A DNA stretch of 64,000 nucleotides from an uncultured Collinsella sp. (GCA_900541035.1 UQIN01000015.1:1593-65592), one strand, 5' to 3'. Counted from the stretch's first letter, positions 9,712-20,069 are shown. Made by a program: numbers and translations. Notes: generated by a model from the sequence alone, not told the origin.

Positions 9712-10146
9712 ATGGATACCAAGCAGCAACTCGTCAATGCCCTCGCAGGCCTGGGCTCAACCATTACCGAAACTATGGATGTCATCGAGGGCTTTGTCCC
9801 CTGCGGACATCCCGCCCTCACGGTATCGAACGCACTCGTCGCGCTGGACGCTGACGATGATGCAGCTCTCGCCCAGCAGCTTGAGACCGTCGAGGGCTTT
9901 ATCGACCACGTGAGTGAGAACCGAGGCGTGTCCGCCTACCACGACATCGAGGTCGAGCTCGCGGGCCCCAAAGCCGATCTGCTCGCAGCAATCCGCGAGG
10001 TAGGCGCCCTTATGCAGACCGCAGGCGTCAAGAACACCGAGGTCAACGAGTGGGTCTACCGCAGTCTGGCAGCACTCGACAGCTCCGAAGAAAAGGCAGC
10101 CGAGCAGCTCGCAGAAAGTCCCACCATTAAGGCCGAGCTTTTGTAA
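9712..10146 (+). CDS. Hypothetical acidic helical protein
   Basis: 144-aa ORF with an AAAGGA RBS and typical codon usage; no family recognised. Confidence 0.75.
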   Translation: MDTKQQLVNALAGLGSTITETMDVIEGFVPCGHPALTVSNALVALDADDDAALAQQLETVEGFIDHVSENRGVSAYHDIEVELAGPKADLLAAIREVGALMQTAGVKNTEVNEWVYRSLAALDSSEEKAAEQLAESPTIKAELL

Positions 10147-10204
10147 ATAGCAGACGCGGGCCCCTTGGCGCATCGTCGTCCAAGAGGCCCGCAAACAGTT
10201 TGCG

Positions 10205-10720
10205 TCAACCGATAGCCGCGCGGGCGCGTTCGGCCAAAGCAAGAATCGGCATCATTTGACGCGGGGTCTTTGCTGCAAGATCGGCATGTTCGAGCAGCTT
10301 GCGATCGTTGGTCACCAAGTAATCGACCTGCGCGCGCTTGCACGCGGCGAGTACCAAGTTGTCTTCGTAATCGCGATGGAGCACTAAGTATTTGTCGGCC
10401 AGCCAAAGGTCCGACGCATCTGCACCCACGGCCGTGGCGTTTTCGGTCATGTTCCGAACAAACGCCAGCGCCGCATCGCCAATCGCGCGGGCAGAAGCCT
10501 CGTCGAGCGCTCCCCCGCTGGCAAGAACGCTACGCTTGAGCTCGTGTTGGACAACGTACAGTACGTCCTTAGCGATATGCACCGGAAAGAACAGCGATGC
10601 CCCCGCCTCCGTCGCCTGCCCAATAAACGCACGCGCGGCAAGCGACTCGGCATGGTCAACACAAAACGAATCAACCCATACGTTGGCGTCCACCATGATC
10701 TTGAGAGGGGCTCCGCTCAC
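10205..10720 (-). CDS. PIN-domain (VapC-like) toxin
   Basis: IMVDANVWVD, DYEDNLVLAAC and YLVTND motifs. GTG start overlaps the antitoxin stop (GTGA). Confidence 0.85.
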   Translation of the reverse strand: MSGAPLKIMVDANVWVDSFCVDHAESLAARAFIGQATEAGASLFFPVHIAKDVLYVVQHELKRSVLASGGALDEASARAIGDAALAFVRNMTENATAVGADASDLWLADKYLVLHRDYEDNLVLAACKRAQVDYLVTNDRKLLEHADLAAKTPRQMMPILALAERARAAIG

Positions 10721-11070
10721 AGGATCATCCCCTTTTGGCGATAGCGCTCGTCCATGGCTTCGGAATAGATTGTGTCCCAATCGCGATCGTCGGATACGGG
10801 CGACGCAGCGATGCCCAAATCTGCATAAAGCCGGTCTGCCGCTGCCCACGACGCGGCGAACGGAGTATCGTGCGCGACGGTCTGTTGCCGGTCGTCGACG
10901 GCCGCAAGCACTTCCTCGCACTGCCCGCCGCCCTGCGCGACCTTGGCCACGACCTTTTTGATGAGCTCGGGCAGTGATCTGTCCGAAAGCCGCAACGCTT
11001 CCTCGGCGCGCTCTTTAACCGAGCGATCTACGCGAACATTCACCTGCGCCATGCTGCCAACGGTAGCCAT
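10717..11070 (-). CDS. RelB/DinJ-like (RHH) antitoxin
   Basis: AQVNVRVDRSVKERAEEAL N-terminus; translationally coupled to the PIN gene. CTAGCATTGCTAG palindrome upstream at 11095-11107. Confidence 0.8.
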   Translation of the reverse strand: MATVGSMAQVNVRVDRSVKERAEEALRLSDRSLPELIKKVVAKVAQGGGQCEEVLAAVDDRQQTVAHDTPFAASWAAADRLYADLGIAASPVSDDRDWDTIYSEAMDERYRQKGMIL

Positions 11071-11148
11071 CTCAACCTCACCTTCAGCATTTACTAGCAT
11101 TGCTAGCACGAGCATATATCCGAGCTAACATCTCGTCAAACAAAAGAA

Positions 11149-11190
11149 GGCCTGCACCCTGGCGGCTGCGGTGCCGCCAGGGTGCAGGCC
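11149..11190. terminator. Long hairpin/terminator after the P-type ATPase
   Basis: ggcctgcaccctggcggc ... gccgccagggtgcaggcc, 18-bp stem. Confidence 0.75.
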
Positions 11191-11209
11191 ATATACTCAA
11201 TCGAAAACG

Positions 11210-13285
11210 CTAACGCAGGTACGCCTTTGCGTTGCCCAGGCTGTAGGCGATCGTTGAGCCGTTGTGCAGCAGCGACGACGCCTGCGGAGTAATCATGCCG
11301 GTAATACCCAATGCCAACAGCGCCGAGTTGGTGAGCATCACCTTGGAATACGAACTCGTCAGACGGTCGATAAGCCCCTGACTCATGCGGCGCAGGCGCA
11401 CGATCGCGGCGAGATCTGTATCGGTCAGGATGATATCGGCGACCTCCTTGGCGATGTCGCTTCCACCGCCCATTGCCAGCCCCACGTCGGCCAAACCGAG
11501 CGCCGGCGAATCGTTGACGCCGTCGCCCACCATGGCAACGTGGCGCCCCTCGCCCTTAATGCGCTCAACATACGCGTACTTGTCCTCGGGCAGCAGCTCG
11601 GCCTTAAACTCGTCGACACCCGCCTCGCGAGCAATGCGCTCGGCCGTGCGCTCCGAGTCGCCCGTGAGCATGACCACATGCTTAACGCCCAACGCGTGCA
11701 AGTCGGCGATAGCCTCGCGAACCCCGGGCTTAAGCGGGTCCTCGATACCGAGCACGCCCACAACGGTGCCATCGACCGCCAGGTACAGCGGCGACAGCCC
11801 CTGCATCTGGGACTCGATTTGCTCCTTAATGTCGGACTCGAGCTGCGCGCTCTCATCCTCAAATACAAAGTGCGCGGAACCGATGATGGCGCGACGCCCT
11901 TCAATGGACGAAGCGATGCCGTGCGCCACGATGTACTCGACGGCGGCATGGCGCTCGCGGTGCTCGAGCCCGCGCTCGCGGGCGGCGTTGACCACGGCAC
12001 GCGCCACCGGATGCGGAAAATGCTCCTCCAAGCAAGCGGAAAGGCGCAGGATCTCGTCCTCGCTCCAACCATCGGTGGTGAGCACGCAGGCAAGACGCGG
12101 CTGCGCCTCGGTAAGCGTGCCGGTCTTATCAAACACAATGGTGTCGGCCTTGGCAAACGACTCAAAGTACTTGGCGCCCTTGACCATAACACCCATCTTG
12201 GCAGCATCGCTCATGGCAGTCATGACGGCGACGGAACCCGTGAGCTTGAGTGCGCACGAGTAGTCGACCATCAGTGCCGCCGAGGTCTTGATGAGGCTGC
12301 GGGTGGTAAGCGCAACCAGGCCCGCGAGCAGGAAGTTCCACGGGACGATCTTGTTGGCGAGGTCTTCCATGTGCGACTGGCCCTCGGACTTGAGCGAATC
12401 GGCCGTCTGCACGAGCGAGACGATCGAGCGGAGCTTGGTCTGCGCCGTGTTGGCGCGCACGCGCACCAAGATGCTGCCGTCTTCCACGACGGTACCGGCG
12501 AACACATCGTCGCCCACGCTGCGCTCGACGGCCAGCGGCTCGCCGGTCAGGGTCGCCTGGTTGACCATAGCGCTCCCCTGCTCGACAACACCGTCGATGC
12601 AAATGGACATGCCAGTGCGCACGGCGACCAAATCGCCGGGCTCGAGCTCGGTCGCGGCAACGCTTACCTCGGTGTCGCCGACAACCTTTTGCGCCTTGTC
12701 GGGCACATCGAGCAGCGAGTTGATGAGCTCGTTTTCGCTCATGGCGCGCGTGTAGTCCTCGAGCAGCTCGCCCACGTTGAGCAAGAACATTGTCTGGCCC
12801 GCGGTGTCGACATCACGCTTGACGAACGAAATGCCGATGGCCGAAGCGTCGAGCACAGGAACGGTCAGGCGCGGCTGTGCCAGCTCATGAAGGGCAGCGC
12901 GCAAAAATGCCATGTAACCGGCCACGACAAACACCGCACGCAGAGGTGTCGGCAAGAACCAACGGCGCGCGTAGTGGGCGCCGATAAGTGTGGCAAGATC
13001 CATGACGAGCTTGTGCTTGCGCGGCTCGAGTTGCATCACGTAGCCCGACTTGGCATCGGCGATAGCTTGAGCATCGAGCGCGCCCAAGGCATCGAGCACG
13101 CTCGCGCGGCGCGGCTCGTCGTACTCCAGCGCCATCTGGCCAATGCGGCCATACACGCGCACCTTGCGCACGCCATCGATGTCGCCGCCAAGCTTTAGAA
13201 GCGCATCGAGATCGCTCTCTGGCACAGGACCCGCCAACTGAAGGCGGGTCCTGCCAGGGATCTCGCTGATAATCGAGAATCTCAT
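11210..13285 (-). CDS. Heavy-metal P1B-type ATPase with SCA membrane motif
   Basis: LTGE, DYSCAL, DKTGT, HP and GDGVND motifs. Confidence 0.92.
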   Translation of the reverse strand: MRFSIISEIPGRTRLQLAGPVPESDLDALLKLGGDIDGVRKVRVYGRIGQMALEYDEPRRASVLDALGALDAQAIADAKSGYVMQLEPRKHKLVMDLATLIGAHYARRWFLPTPLRAVFVVAGYMAFLRAALHELAQPRLTVPVLDASAIGISFVKRDVDTAGQTMFLLNVGELLEDYTRAMSENELINSLLDVPDKAQKVVGDTEVSVAATELEPGDLVAVRTGMSICIDGVVEQGSAMVNQATLTGEPLAVERSVGDDVFAGTVVEDGSILVRVRANTAQTKLRSIVSLVQTADSLKSEGQSHMEDLANKIVPWNFLLAGLVALTTRSLIKTSAALMVDYSCALKLTGSVAVMTAMSDAAKMGVMVKGAKYFESFAKADTIVFDKTGTLTEAQPRLACVLTTDGWSEDEILRLSACLEEHFPHPVARAVVNAARERGLEHRERHAAVEYIVAHGIASSIEGRRAIIGSAHFVFEDESAQLESDIKEQIESQMQGLSPLYLAVDGTVVGVLGIEDPLKPGVREAIADLHALGVKHVVMLTGDSERTAERIAREAGVDEFKAELLPEDKYAYVERIKGEGRHVAMVGDGVNDSPALGLADVGLAMGGGSDIAKEVADIILTDTDLAAIVRLRRMSQGLIDRLTSSYSKVMLTNSALLALGITGMITPQASSLLHNGSTIAYSLGNAKAYLR

Positions 13286-13303
13286 AGTTTGTGCCTGGGA
13301 GCG

Positions 13304-13549
13304 CTACTCGGCTGCCTCGTCAGCAGCGGCCTCGCTCTGGGTGATGTAAGCAGCCTCGGCAACCATGTCGTCGACATTAGCCTTGGCCTGCTCGACCATG
13401 TCCTGGTAGCCGTTCTTGATGCGCATGCCGCACGCGATACCCTGCACGCAGGCATTCTTTACCGGAGCGCTGGTAAGCAGCTTGATGCCGGCCGTGCCAA
13501 GCAGAAAACCGCCACCGACAAGCAGGGTGTTAAACGTCGACTTCTTCAT
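13304..13549 (-). CDS. Small protein accompanying the P1B ATPase (DUF1490/DUF6110-like)
   Basis: MKKSTFNTLLVGGGFLLGTAGIKLL followed by a helical tail; AAGGGGAG RBS; directly upstream of the ATPase. Confidence 0.7.
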   Translation of the reverse strand: MKKSTFNTLLVGGGFLLGTAGIKLLTSAPVKNACVQGIACGMRIKNGYQDMVEQAKANVDDMVAEAAYITQSEAAADEAAE

Positions 13550-13654
13550 GTTGCTTCTCCCTTTTGCCGCACAAGCGCGGCATGGTGCCTTAGCACCCGA
13601 GTTCATTAGTTTGCTCGAGCACGCTTTGAGACTAGTTTAGTCGAACTATTATGG

Positions 13655-15451
13655 TCAACCAAAGTTAACCTTTGGAAATCTTGGTCCCCTTTCCTGCAGC
13701 TGCCAGGCAGCCGCTTCCTTTTGCAGTGCGACCATACGGGCAAATTCTCCACCTGCCGCCTTGAGCTGAGCCGAAGCACCCTGCTCGGCAACCACACCAT
13801 CCTTGAGCACAACGATTTTGTCGGCATTTTCCACCGTACGCATACGGTGGGCAATAACGATAACCGTCTTACCTGCAAGCAGACGGGAGAGTGCCTGCTG
13901 TACCACGGTCTCATTCTCCACATCCAAGCTTGCCGTCGCCTCGTCCAACAGCACGATGGGCGCGTCTTTGAGCAGCGCGCGGGCGATGGAGATGCGCTGG
14001 CGCTCGCCACCGGAGAGTTTGGAGCCGTTCTCGCCGATCATGGTGTCGTAGCCCTGCGGCATGCGGTTCACGAACTCGTCGCAGTTGGCGGCACGCGCGG
14101 CCGCAAGCACTTCCTCATCGGTGGCATCACGACGCCCGAGGCGGATGTTTCCCATCACCGTGTCGTCAAAGAGCAGCACGTCTTGGAACACAATGGCGTA
14201 GTCGCGCAGCAGCACCTCGGGATCAACGCCCGCAACATCCACGCCACCCACGGTGACCGTGCCTTCGGTGGCATCCCAAAAGCGCGCGGCCAGGCGGCTC
14301 ACCGTAGACTTACCGGAACCCGAAGGACCGACCAGCGCCGTAACTTCGCCTTCCTTGGCGGTAAAGCTCACATCGGTAAGAACTTTCTCGCCGGCACGGC
14401 CGTCCTCGCCCGCACCATAGCCAAATGCCACGTGATCGAACACCACATCGTGGCCCACGGGCTCAAATTTCTCGCTGCCCCGCGCCACAGGCTCTTCCAT
14501 GATGGAATGCATGCGCTTGGCAGACGACTCGGCGGCAAACAGCTCGGACATTAACATTAACGCTTGGTCAAAGGGTGCATAGATACGGCTCACCATAAGC
14601 AGGAAGGCAAACATCACCAAAAAGTCGACCTGCCCGGAGGCGACCATCGCGGCACCCGTGACCAGCGTGGTGGCAATGCCCAGACGCAGGATGGCAAAGG
14701 CGGAGTTAACCAAAAGCCCGTTAGCGAGCTCGCCCTTGGTGGTCTCGCGCTCCTCGGCATCGATCACGGCGTTGAGTCCCTCAAGATAATGGGCCTCCTG
14801 GTTGGTGGCGCGGATCTCGCGAACGCAGTCGAGCGTCTCTTGAATTGCCTCGGTAACCTTGACCTTCTCGGCACGCACGCGGTCGAACACCGGAGTCATG
14901 GGGCCGCGTGTTAGATACAGCACGGCAAAGGCCACGGGAACGCTCCAAAACGCCGCGATCGCCAGCTGCCAGCAAAAGAACAGCGACGCCACGAACACAA
15001 TGGCGCTTGCGATGATGGCACCCCAAAGCTCTCCCAGCACGTGGCTGTAGGCGTGCTCCATGGCCTGGACGTCGCCCATGATGGTCTCGGTTAAATCGGC
15101 CAGATCACGACGACCAAAAAACGACAGCGGCAGTTTGCGCAAGCGCTCGGCGATCTCCATACGCTGCTTGCCGCACTCCTCGTAAAAGATGCAGTAGGTG
15201 TAGTAATACTGCTGCCAGTTAGAGGCAAAGAGCAACACAAAAAAGACCAGGAGGCCGCCCACAATCGGCAGGGCATCCGGCAGGTCGGCGCCGATGGCGA
15301 GATGTTCGACAAAACCGGCCATGACCAGGAATAAAAAGCCCATGCCGGCCATGGTAATGAGATTAGTGAGCGTGGTCCAGAAAATGCCACGTTTTACGCC
15401 GGCGACGCCTTTATCGGATAGGAAATACTTCTTTTGGAATGAGGCGAACAT
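13655..15451 (-). CDS. ABC transporter permease/ATPase (IrtB/YbtQ-like)
   Basis: TM domain plus GPSGSGKS, LSGGERQR and LLDEATA motifs. Confidence 0.88.
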   Translation of the reverse strand: MFASFQKKYFLSDKGVAGVKRGIFWTTLTNLITMAGMGFLFLVMAGFVEHLAIGADLPDALPIVGGLLVFFVLLFASNWQQYYYTYCIFYEECGKQRMEIAERLRKLPLSFFGRRDLADLTETIMGDVQAMEHAYSHVLGELWGAIIASAIVFVASLFFCWQLAIAAFWSVPVAFAVLYLTRGPMTPVFDRVRAEKVKVTEAIQETLDCVREIRATNQEAHYLEGLNAVIDAEERETTKGELANGLLVNSAFAILRLGIATTLVTGAAMVASGQVDFLVMFAFLLMVSRIYAPFDQALMLMSELFAAESSAKRMHSIMEEPVARGSEKFEPVGHDVVFDHVAFGYGAGEDGRAGEKVLTDVSFTAKEGEVTALVGPSGSGKSTVSRLAARFWDATEGTVTVGGVDVAGVDPEVLLRDYAIVFQDVLLFDDTVMGNIRLGRRDATDEEVLAAARAANCDEFVNRMPQGYDTMIGENGSKLSGGERQRISIARALLKDAPIVLLDEATASLDVENETVVQQALSRLLAGKTVIVIAHRMRTVENADKIVVLKDGVVAEQGASAQLKAAGGEFARMVALQKEAAAWQLQERGPRFPKVNFG

Positions 15452-17278
15452 TTAGGCCTCGCCTCCCTTCGTGACGGCGGCATCCGCGGTCGCTGCAGTG
15501 ATTTTCCAGCTCGCGGCCTGTTCGTATTCGGTCCACATCTTGGCATACAGGCCCTCTTGGGACAGCAACTCGGCATGGGTACCCGACTCCTGCACGCTGC
15601 CCTGGTTGAGCACCACGATTTGGTCTGCGCCCACTACAGTCGAGAGTCGGTGCGCAATCATAATGACCGTGCGACCCGCCGCCAGCTTGCTAAAGGCGCG
15701 TTGGATGAGCGCCTCGTTCTCGGGATCGGCAAACGCCGTGGCCTCATCGAGCACCACGATAGGCGCGTCTTTAAGGATCGCGCGGGCGAGTGCCACGCGC
15801 TGGACCTCGCCGCCCGAAAGATACGCCCCGCCGGCGCCGAGCATGGTATTGATGCCCTGTGGGAGCTTGGCCACAATGTCGTCGCACTGAGCTGCGGAGA
15901 GAGCTGCACGCACTTCGTCGTCAGTGGCCGTAGGCTTGGAGGCGCGCACGTTATCGGCAAGTGTTTGCCGGAACAGCTGGTTGGTCTGGAACACGAAGGC
16001 GACCTGGTCCATAAGCTCGTGCGGATCCATATCGCGAACGTCCACACCGCCTACGAGCACTCGACCCGAGGAAACATCCCAAAAACGCGGGATCAGGCTT
16101 GCGCAGGTTGACTTACCGCCACCCGAGGGACCCACCAGGGCGAGGGTGCTACCCGCGGAAACGCTAAAGCTCACATGGCTAACGGCAGGTGCTTCGGCAC
16201 CCTCGTAGGTAAAGCTCACATCCTCAAATCGCACGTCGCTGCCGGCAGGGTGCTTGGGTTGGGCGGTCACGGAGAGCTGCTTGGAATCCATGACGCTTCG
16301 AATACGAGCCAGCGAATCGGCACTCATCTGAGAGGCCTCGCCCACAAACATGAGCTTGGTCATGGCCGTCGGCACCACGGCCGAAAATATCGCGTAAAAC
16401 GTGAAGTTGGCCATAAAATGCGCGAAGTCCGTCTCGCCCGGCGCCAACAGCAACGCCACGGGCAACAGGAATGCCACAAGACCATTGAGCGCGGTAAGGT
16501 TGAGTACCTGCGGACCTCGACAGAACGTGCCCGCATAGTTTTGTGCCATGTCGGCGTATTCGGCGATCGCATCGTGGAAGGCCTTAAAGGAGTAGACCGT
16601 CTGCTGAAACACCTTGACAACGGGGATGCCACGTACGTATTCGGTGCCGGTCTTGTTCATCTTGACCAGCGCTCCCATGTAGGCCTTCATGAACTCGGCG
16701 CCTTTGCCGCTCATCATGGTGGCCATGGCGCCAAACGAAACGACGACCGAGATAAGGCATGCCGCCCCCAAACGCCAATCGAGCGCGAAAAGCAGCACGA
16801 GCAAGCCCACGACCATGGCGGCGGCGCCTGCGATATCGGGCAGCATGTGTGCGAGCAAAGTCTCGGTGGAGGCGGCACATCCGTCTACAACACGACGCAG
16901 CTCACCGGTGGCGTGCGTGTCAAAGTAGCCAAGCGGCAGCTTAAGCAGGTGCTCGCTCGTAGTTTTGCGAATATTGGACGCGCAGCGAAACGCAGACAGG
17001 TGCGTGCACATGAGCCCCATGAAATAAGCTACGATGCTTGCTAGGGCAAAACCCACGGCCCACCAGCCATACATCGCGATATCGGTGGCTTCGCTCCAGT
17101 TAGGCGCCACGGCGATCAAATCGCGCGCGACAAGCCAAATGCACACGTACGGGCCAAAGCTCAGCAGCTGCGAGAGCGCCGAGAGCGCCATGCCCAAATA
17201 CGTTAGGAATTTGCGGTCACCAGCATAAGCAAGCAGCTCGCCGATACCGCCACCTTCCTTTTTTGATCCCTTTGCCAT
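15452..17278 (-). CDS. ABC transporter permease/ATPase (IrtA/YbtP-like)
   Basis: EYVRGIPVVKVF, GPSGGGKS, LSGGEVQR and DEATAFADPENE motifs. Start reassigned to MAKGSKK. Confidence 0.88.
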   Translation of the reverse strand: MAKGSKKEGGGIGELLAYAGDRKFLTYLGMALSALSQLLSFGPYVCIWLVARDLIAVAPNWSEATDIAMYGWWAVGFALASIVAYFMGLMCTHLSAFRCASNIRKTTSEHLLKLPLGYFDTHATGELRRVVDGCAASTETLLAHMLPDIAGAAAMVVGLLVLLFALDWRLGAACLISVVVSFGAMATMMSGKGAEFMKAYMGALVKMNKTGTEYVRGIPVVKVFQQTVYSFKAFHDAIAEYADMAQNYAGTFCRGPQVLNLTALNGLVAFLLPVALLLAPGETDFAHFMANFTFYAIFSAVVPTAMTKLMFVGEASQMSADSLARIRSVMDSKQLSVTAQPKHPAGSDVRFEDVSFTYEGAEAPAVSHVSFSVSAGSTLALVGPSGGGKSTCASLIPRFWDVSSGRVLVGGVDVRDMDPHELMDQVAFVFQTNQLFRQTLADNVRASKPTATDDEVRAALSAAQCDDIVAKLPQGINTMLGAGGAYLSGGEVQRVALARAILKDAPIVVLDEATAFADPENEALIQRAFSKLAAGRTVIMIAHRLSTVVGADQIVVLNQGSVQESGTHAELLSQEGLYAKMWTEYEQAASWKITAATADAAVTKGGEA

Positions 17279-17332
17279 GAGATTCCTTTCTAACGGCTTG
17301 AGAGTTAACCGTAATGAACTTATCATTGACGT

Positions 17333-17348
17333 GTTAGCCATGGCTCAC
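17333..17348. promoter_or_regulatory. Putative metal-repressor box GTTAG-N6-CTCAC
   Basis: Lies between the divergent ABC and AraC genes; related boxes occur in the feo locus. Confidence 0.55.
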
Positions 17349-17392
17349 AATCAAGCCAGGCATGGACGTTTCTGCAAAGGAAAGGGACGCTT

Positions 17393-18397
17393 TTGCAAAT
17401 ACGGCAGGCAGCGACCGACATAACCGAGCTCTACGCACCACAGTTTGAGCAGTTTGGCCTGGAGCTTTCCGGCAAGGGCGCTGTCTTTACCGGCGAGGTG
17501 GCAAACGATCGGGCGCACGGACGCGCATGGATCATGCCTCTCTCCCCTGCCTGCATTGTCATGGAGCATTTCATCACCCCGACGCACGATATGTACCTGG
17601 CCGAATACACACCCGAGCCGTACGCCTGCGTGAGCGAAGTCAGCGCGCCCACACTTACATGCATGCCCGAGACTGGCATAACGCCCGCGAACCTCAAACC
17701 ATCGCATGGACCGTGGCCAAACAATGCCGTTTGCAGCTTTATCCAAGATAGCTGTGGCGAGGAATTAAGCCCGCTGTTTGCGGGGGAACTTTATCACTCG
17801 CGCTCGGTGCTCTTTTTGCCTGGATATTTTGACGAACTGGAGCACCGCTATCCCACCGAGTTCGCGGGAATCTTTGAGGCGTTTGCCGAACCATGGCACG
17901 AGGAAGCGACGTCTGCCATCTATCACACGCTGCGCCGGATTAACGAGGACCGTGCCCAAACCGTAGGCGGACACGTCTATATGCAGGGCATCGTGGAGAC
18001 CATGGTCGCGGAGCTCGCCTGTTCGCGCGCGGCCCACAAGCAGGCGCGGCAGGCGGCAGACACACGCGTCAGCATAACCATGGCCGAAGAAGCAACGGCA
18101 ATGATTGAGCGCGCGCTCGACAAAGGCAGTCGTGTGGGTATCAACGAGGTGGCCGAGAGGCTCTACACAAGCCGCTCCAAACTATGCGCCACCTTTAAGG
18201 CCCAAACTGGCGAGTCCCTGGGCGCCTACATTCGCAGACGCCGTATGGAGCGAGCACAGGACCTTTTGACCGACAGCGCGCTTACGATAGCCCAGGTGGC
18301 AGAGCGTCTAGGCTACCCTCAGCAGGCTGCCTTCGCCCAAGCCTTCAAACAATACACCGGCACCACCCCCACCGCTTGGCGAAGCAAGCATCGCTAA
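17393..18397 (+). CDS. AraC-family transcriptional regulator (YbtA/PchR-like context)
   Basis: C-terminal double HTH: FKAQTGESLGAYIRRRRMERAQDLL...LGYPQQAAFAQAFKQYTGTTPTAWR. Confidence 0.9.
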   Translation: MQIRQAATDITELYAPQFEQFGLELSGKGAVFTGEVANDRAHGRAWIMPLSPACIVMEHFITPTHDMYLAEYTPEPYACVSEVSAPTLTCMPETGITPANLKPSHGPWPNNAVCSFIQDSCGEELSPLFAGELYHSRSVLFLPGYFDELEHRYPTEFAGIFEAFAEPWHEEATSAIYHTLRRINEDRAQTVGGHVYMQGIVETMVAELACSRAAHKQARQAADTRVSITMAEEATAMIERALDKGSRVGINEVAERLYTSRSKLCATFKAQTGESLGAYIRRRRMERAQDLLTDSALTIAQVAERLGYPQQAAFAQAFKQYTGTTPTAWRSKHR

Positions 18398-18461
18398 GGC
18401 CCAAGCTCCCTGGCCGTAACGGAGCGATTAATTAGCCGCCGCCCGTCAGCTCACCCAGGAT

Positions 18462-19826
18462 CTAAACGTCAAGATGCGCACAATCAAGCGCCTTTTTGAT
18501 AAGAGGGACAGATCGATCAGCCAAATACAACGGAATGTTGAGCACCCCGTCGTCGAGCTTTAGGTTCTTAAGTGAGTAGCGGACCCTCAATGGAGTCGTC
18601 TCCGCATGCTTGTCGGCATAGTACTTAAGGCTCTTGGAATGAACGACCTCTCCCGATTTGACCTCGACGGGAACGATTTCGTTTCCGACTTGAATCAAAA
18701 AATCGACTTCGTGCTTCGGCTTCTCGTTTGTCCAATAACGCGGAGCAGCATCTAACTGTGAAAGTAATGCCTGAAGCACATAGTTCTCGGCGAACGAACC
18801 TTTGAACTCCGAAAATAGCGCATCCGAGATGGCAAAAGCGGACGCATCCAGCCTTGCCATGCGGCGGAGCAAGCCGACATCAAGACAGTAGACTTTAAAT
18901 GCCTTGAGGTCATCGTACGCAGAGAGCGGCACACCACCGGCAGCATTAAGGCGAACCGCCGTGATGAGCCCAGCATCGGCAAGCCATTCCAGAGCATCCT
19001 CGTATTCTCGAGCACGAGCCCCCTCGCGCACCGCACCCCAAACGAACTTTTTGTTCTCGCGCGCCAACTGAGCTGGAATCGAGTTCCATATTTGCGAAAG
19101 CTTGGCGAACTGCGCACGGCCACCATGCTTGGCAAAATCGCGCTCGTAGGAATCCAAGAGATCAGACAACACCTTATCGACCTGAACGATATCGCCCGTC
19201 TCCACCCACCGGCCAAGAGCCTCTGGCATGCCGCCGCATGCAAAATAACGACGAAGATGCTCGACGAGACGGACATGGAAGAAATCGGGCACTGTCTCGA
19301 TCTGATCCAGGCCGCCAAGGTATTCGTCGTAGTTTGCAGCGCCCTCGGCTTTCAGAAACTCGGAAAAGCTCATGGGGCGCATCTCCATGAACTCGACCTT
19401 TCCCACCGGAAAAGCGCTGGTCTCACGGGACAAGCGAACGCCCAACAAAGACCCTGCGCATGCGACGTGATACTCGGGGGCCTCGTCACAGAAGTATTTA
19501 AGGGCACCGACTGCAGAAGGACAATCCTGGATCTCATCAATAATAAGCAGCGTCTCGCCAGGATCGATAGGCTGTCCAAGCGCCAGGGAAAGATTTGAGA
19601 TGATCCGTCGAGGATCGCGCGTACCTTCGAAAAACTGAGCGTACTCGCTCTGTACCCCAGGTGACGGCTCCTCGAGCGTCAGATACACATAATTGATGTA
19701 CGAGGTTCGGCCGAACTCCTTAAGCGCCCACGTCTTTCCAACCTGGCGCGCCCCCTTAAGGATAAGCGGCTTACGATATTCTGACGCTTTCCAAGCGTTA
19801 AGCTTGGCAATGATATCTCGCTGCAT
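18462..19826 (-). CDS. AAA_14 ATPase with DUF4143 domain
   Basis: GARQVGKT, LIIDEIQ, FKVYCLDVGLL, EVDFLI and PVEVKSG motifs. Confidence 0.9.
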   Translation of the reverse strand: MQRDIIAKLNAWKASEYRKPLILKGARQVGKTWALKEFGRTSYINYVYLTLEEPSPGVQSEYAQFFEGTRDPRRIISNLSLALGQPIDPGETLLIIDEIQDCPSAVGALKYFCDEAPEYHVACAGSLLGVRLSRETSAFPVGKVEFMEMRPMSFSEFLKAEGAANYDEYLGGLDQIETVPDFFHVRLVEHLRRYFACGGMPEALGRWVETGDIVQVDKVLSDLLDSYERDFAKHGGRAQFAKLSQIWNSIPAQLARENKKFVWGAVREGARAREYEDALEWLADAGLITAVRLNAAGGVPLSAYDDLKAFKVYCLDVGLLRRMARLDASAFAISDALFSEFKGSFAENYVLQALLSQLDAAPRYWTNEKPKHEVDFLIQVGNEIVPVEVKSGEVVHSKSLKYYADKHAETTPLRVRYSLKNLKLDDGVLNIPLYLADRSVPLIKKALDCAHLDV

Positions 19827-19845
19827 GGCCGAACCTCCCGCAAAG

Positions 19846-19920
19846 AAACTTCCGTAAACGTGATATTTCCCACATTTTACCCTAGGTAAAACGTGACATT
19901 TATCACATTTACGGAAGTTT
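19846..19920. promoter_or_regulatory. 75-bp imperfect palindrome holding two GTGA-N6-(T/C)CAC boxes
   Basis: 36-bp arms, about 30/36 complementary, directly upstream of the AAA-DUF4143 start. Confidence 0.7.
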
Positions 19921-20069
19921 TAAGCTCGTTCGCCACACCTTCATCACATTTATTGCAATTTGACAAAGGGACAGTCCATTTGTCACCCGCACAAAAATGG
20001 GCGCGCCCACAGCGCGCCCATTCACTCTATTTATATCAGCCCGCCTGACCCGAACGGCCGAGTTGTCAC

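Noticed and set aside
9109..11070. Integrated element at tmRNA carrying the TA pair
   Set aside because: The TA genes lie on the 5' side of ssrA, and there is no integrase or full direct att repeat.
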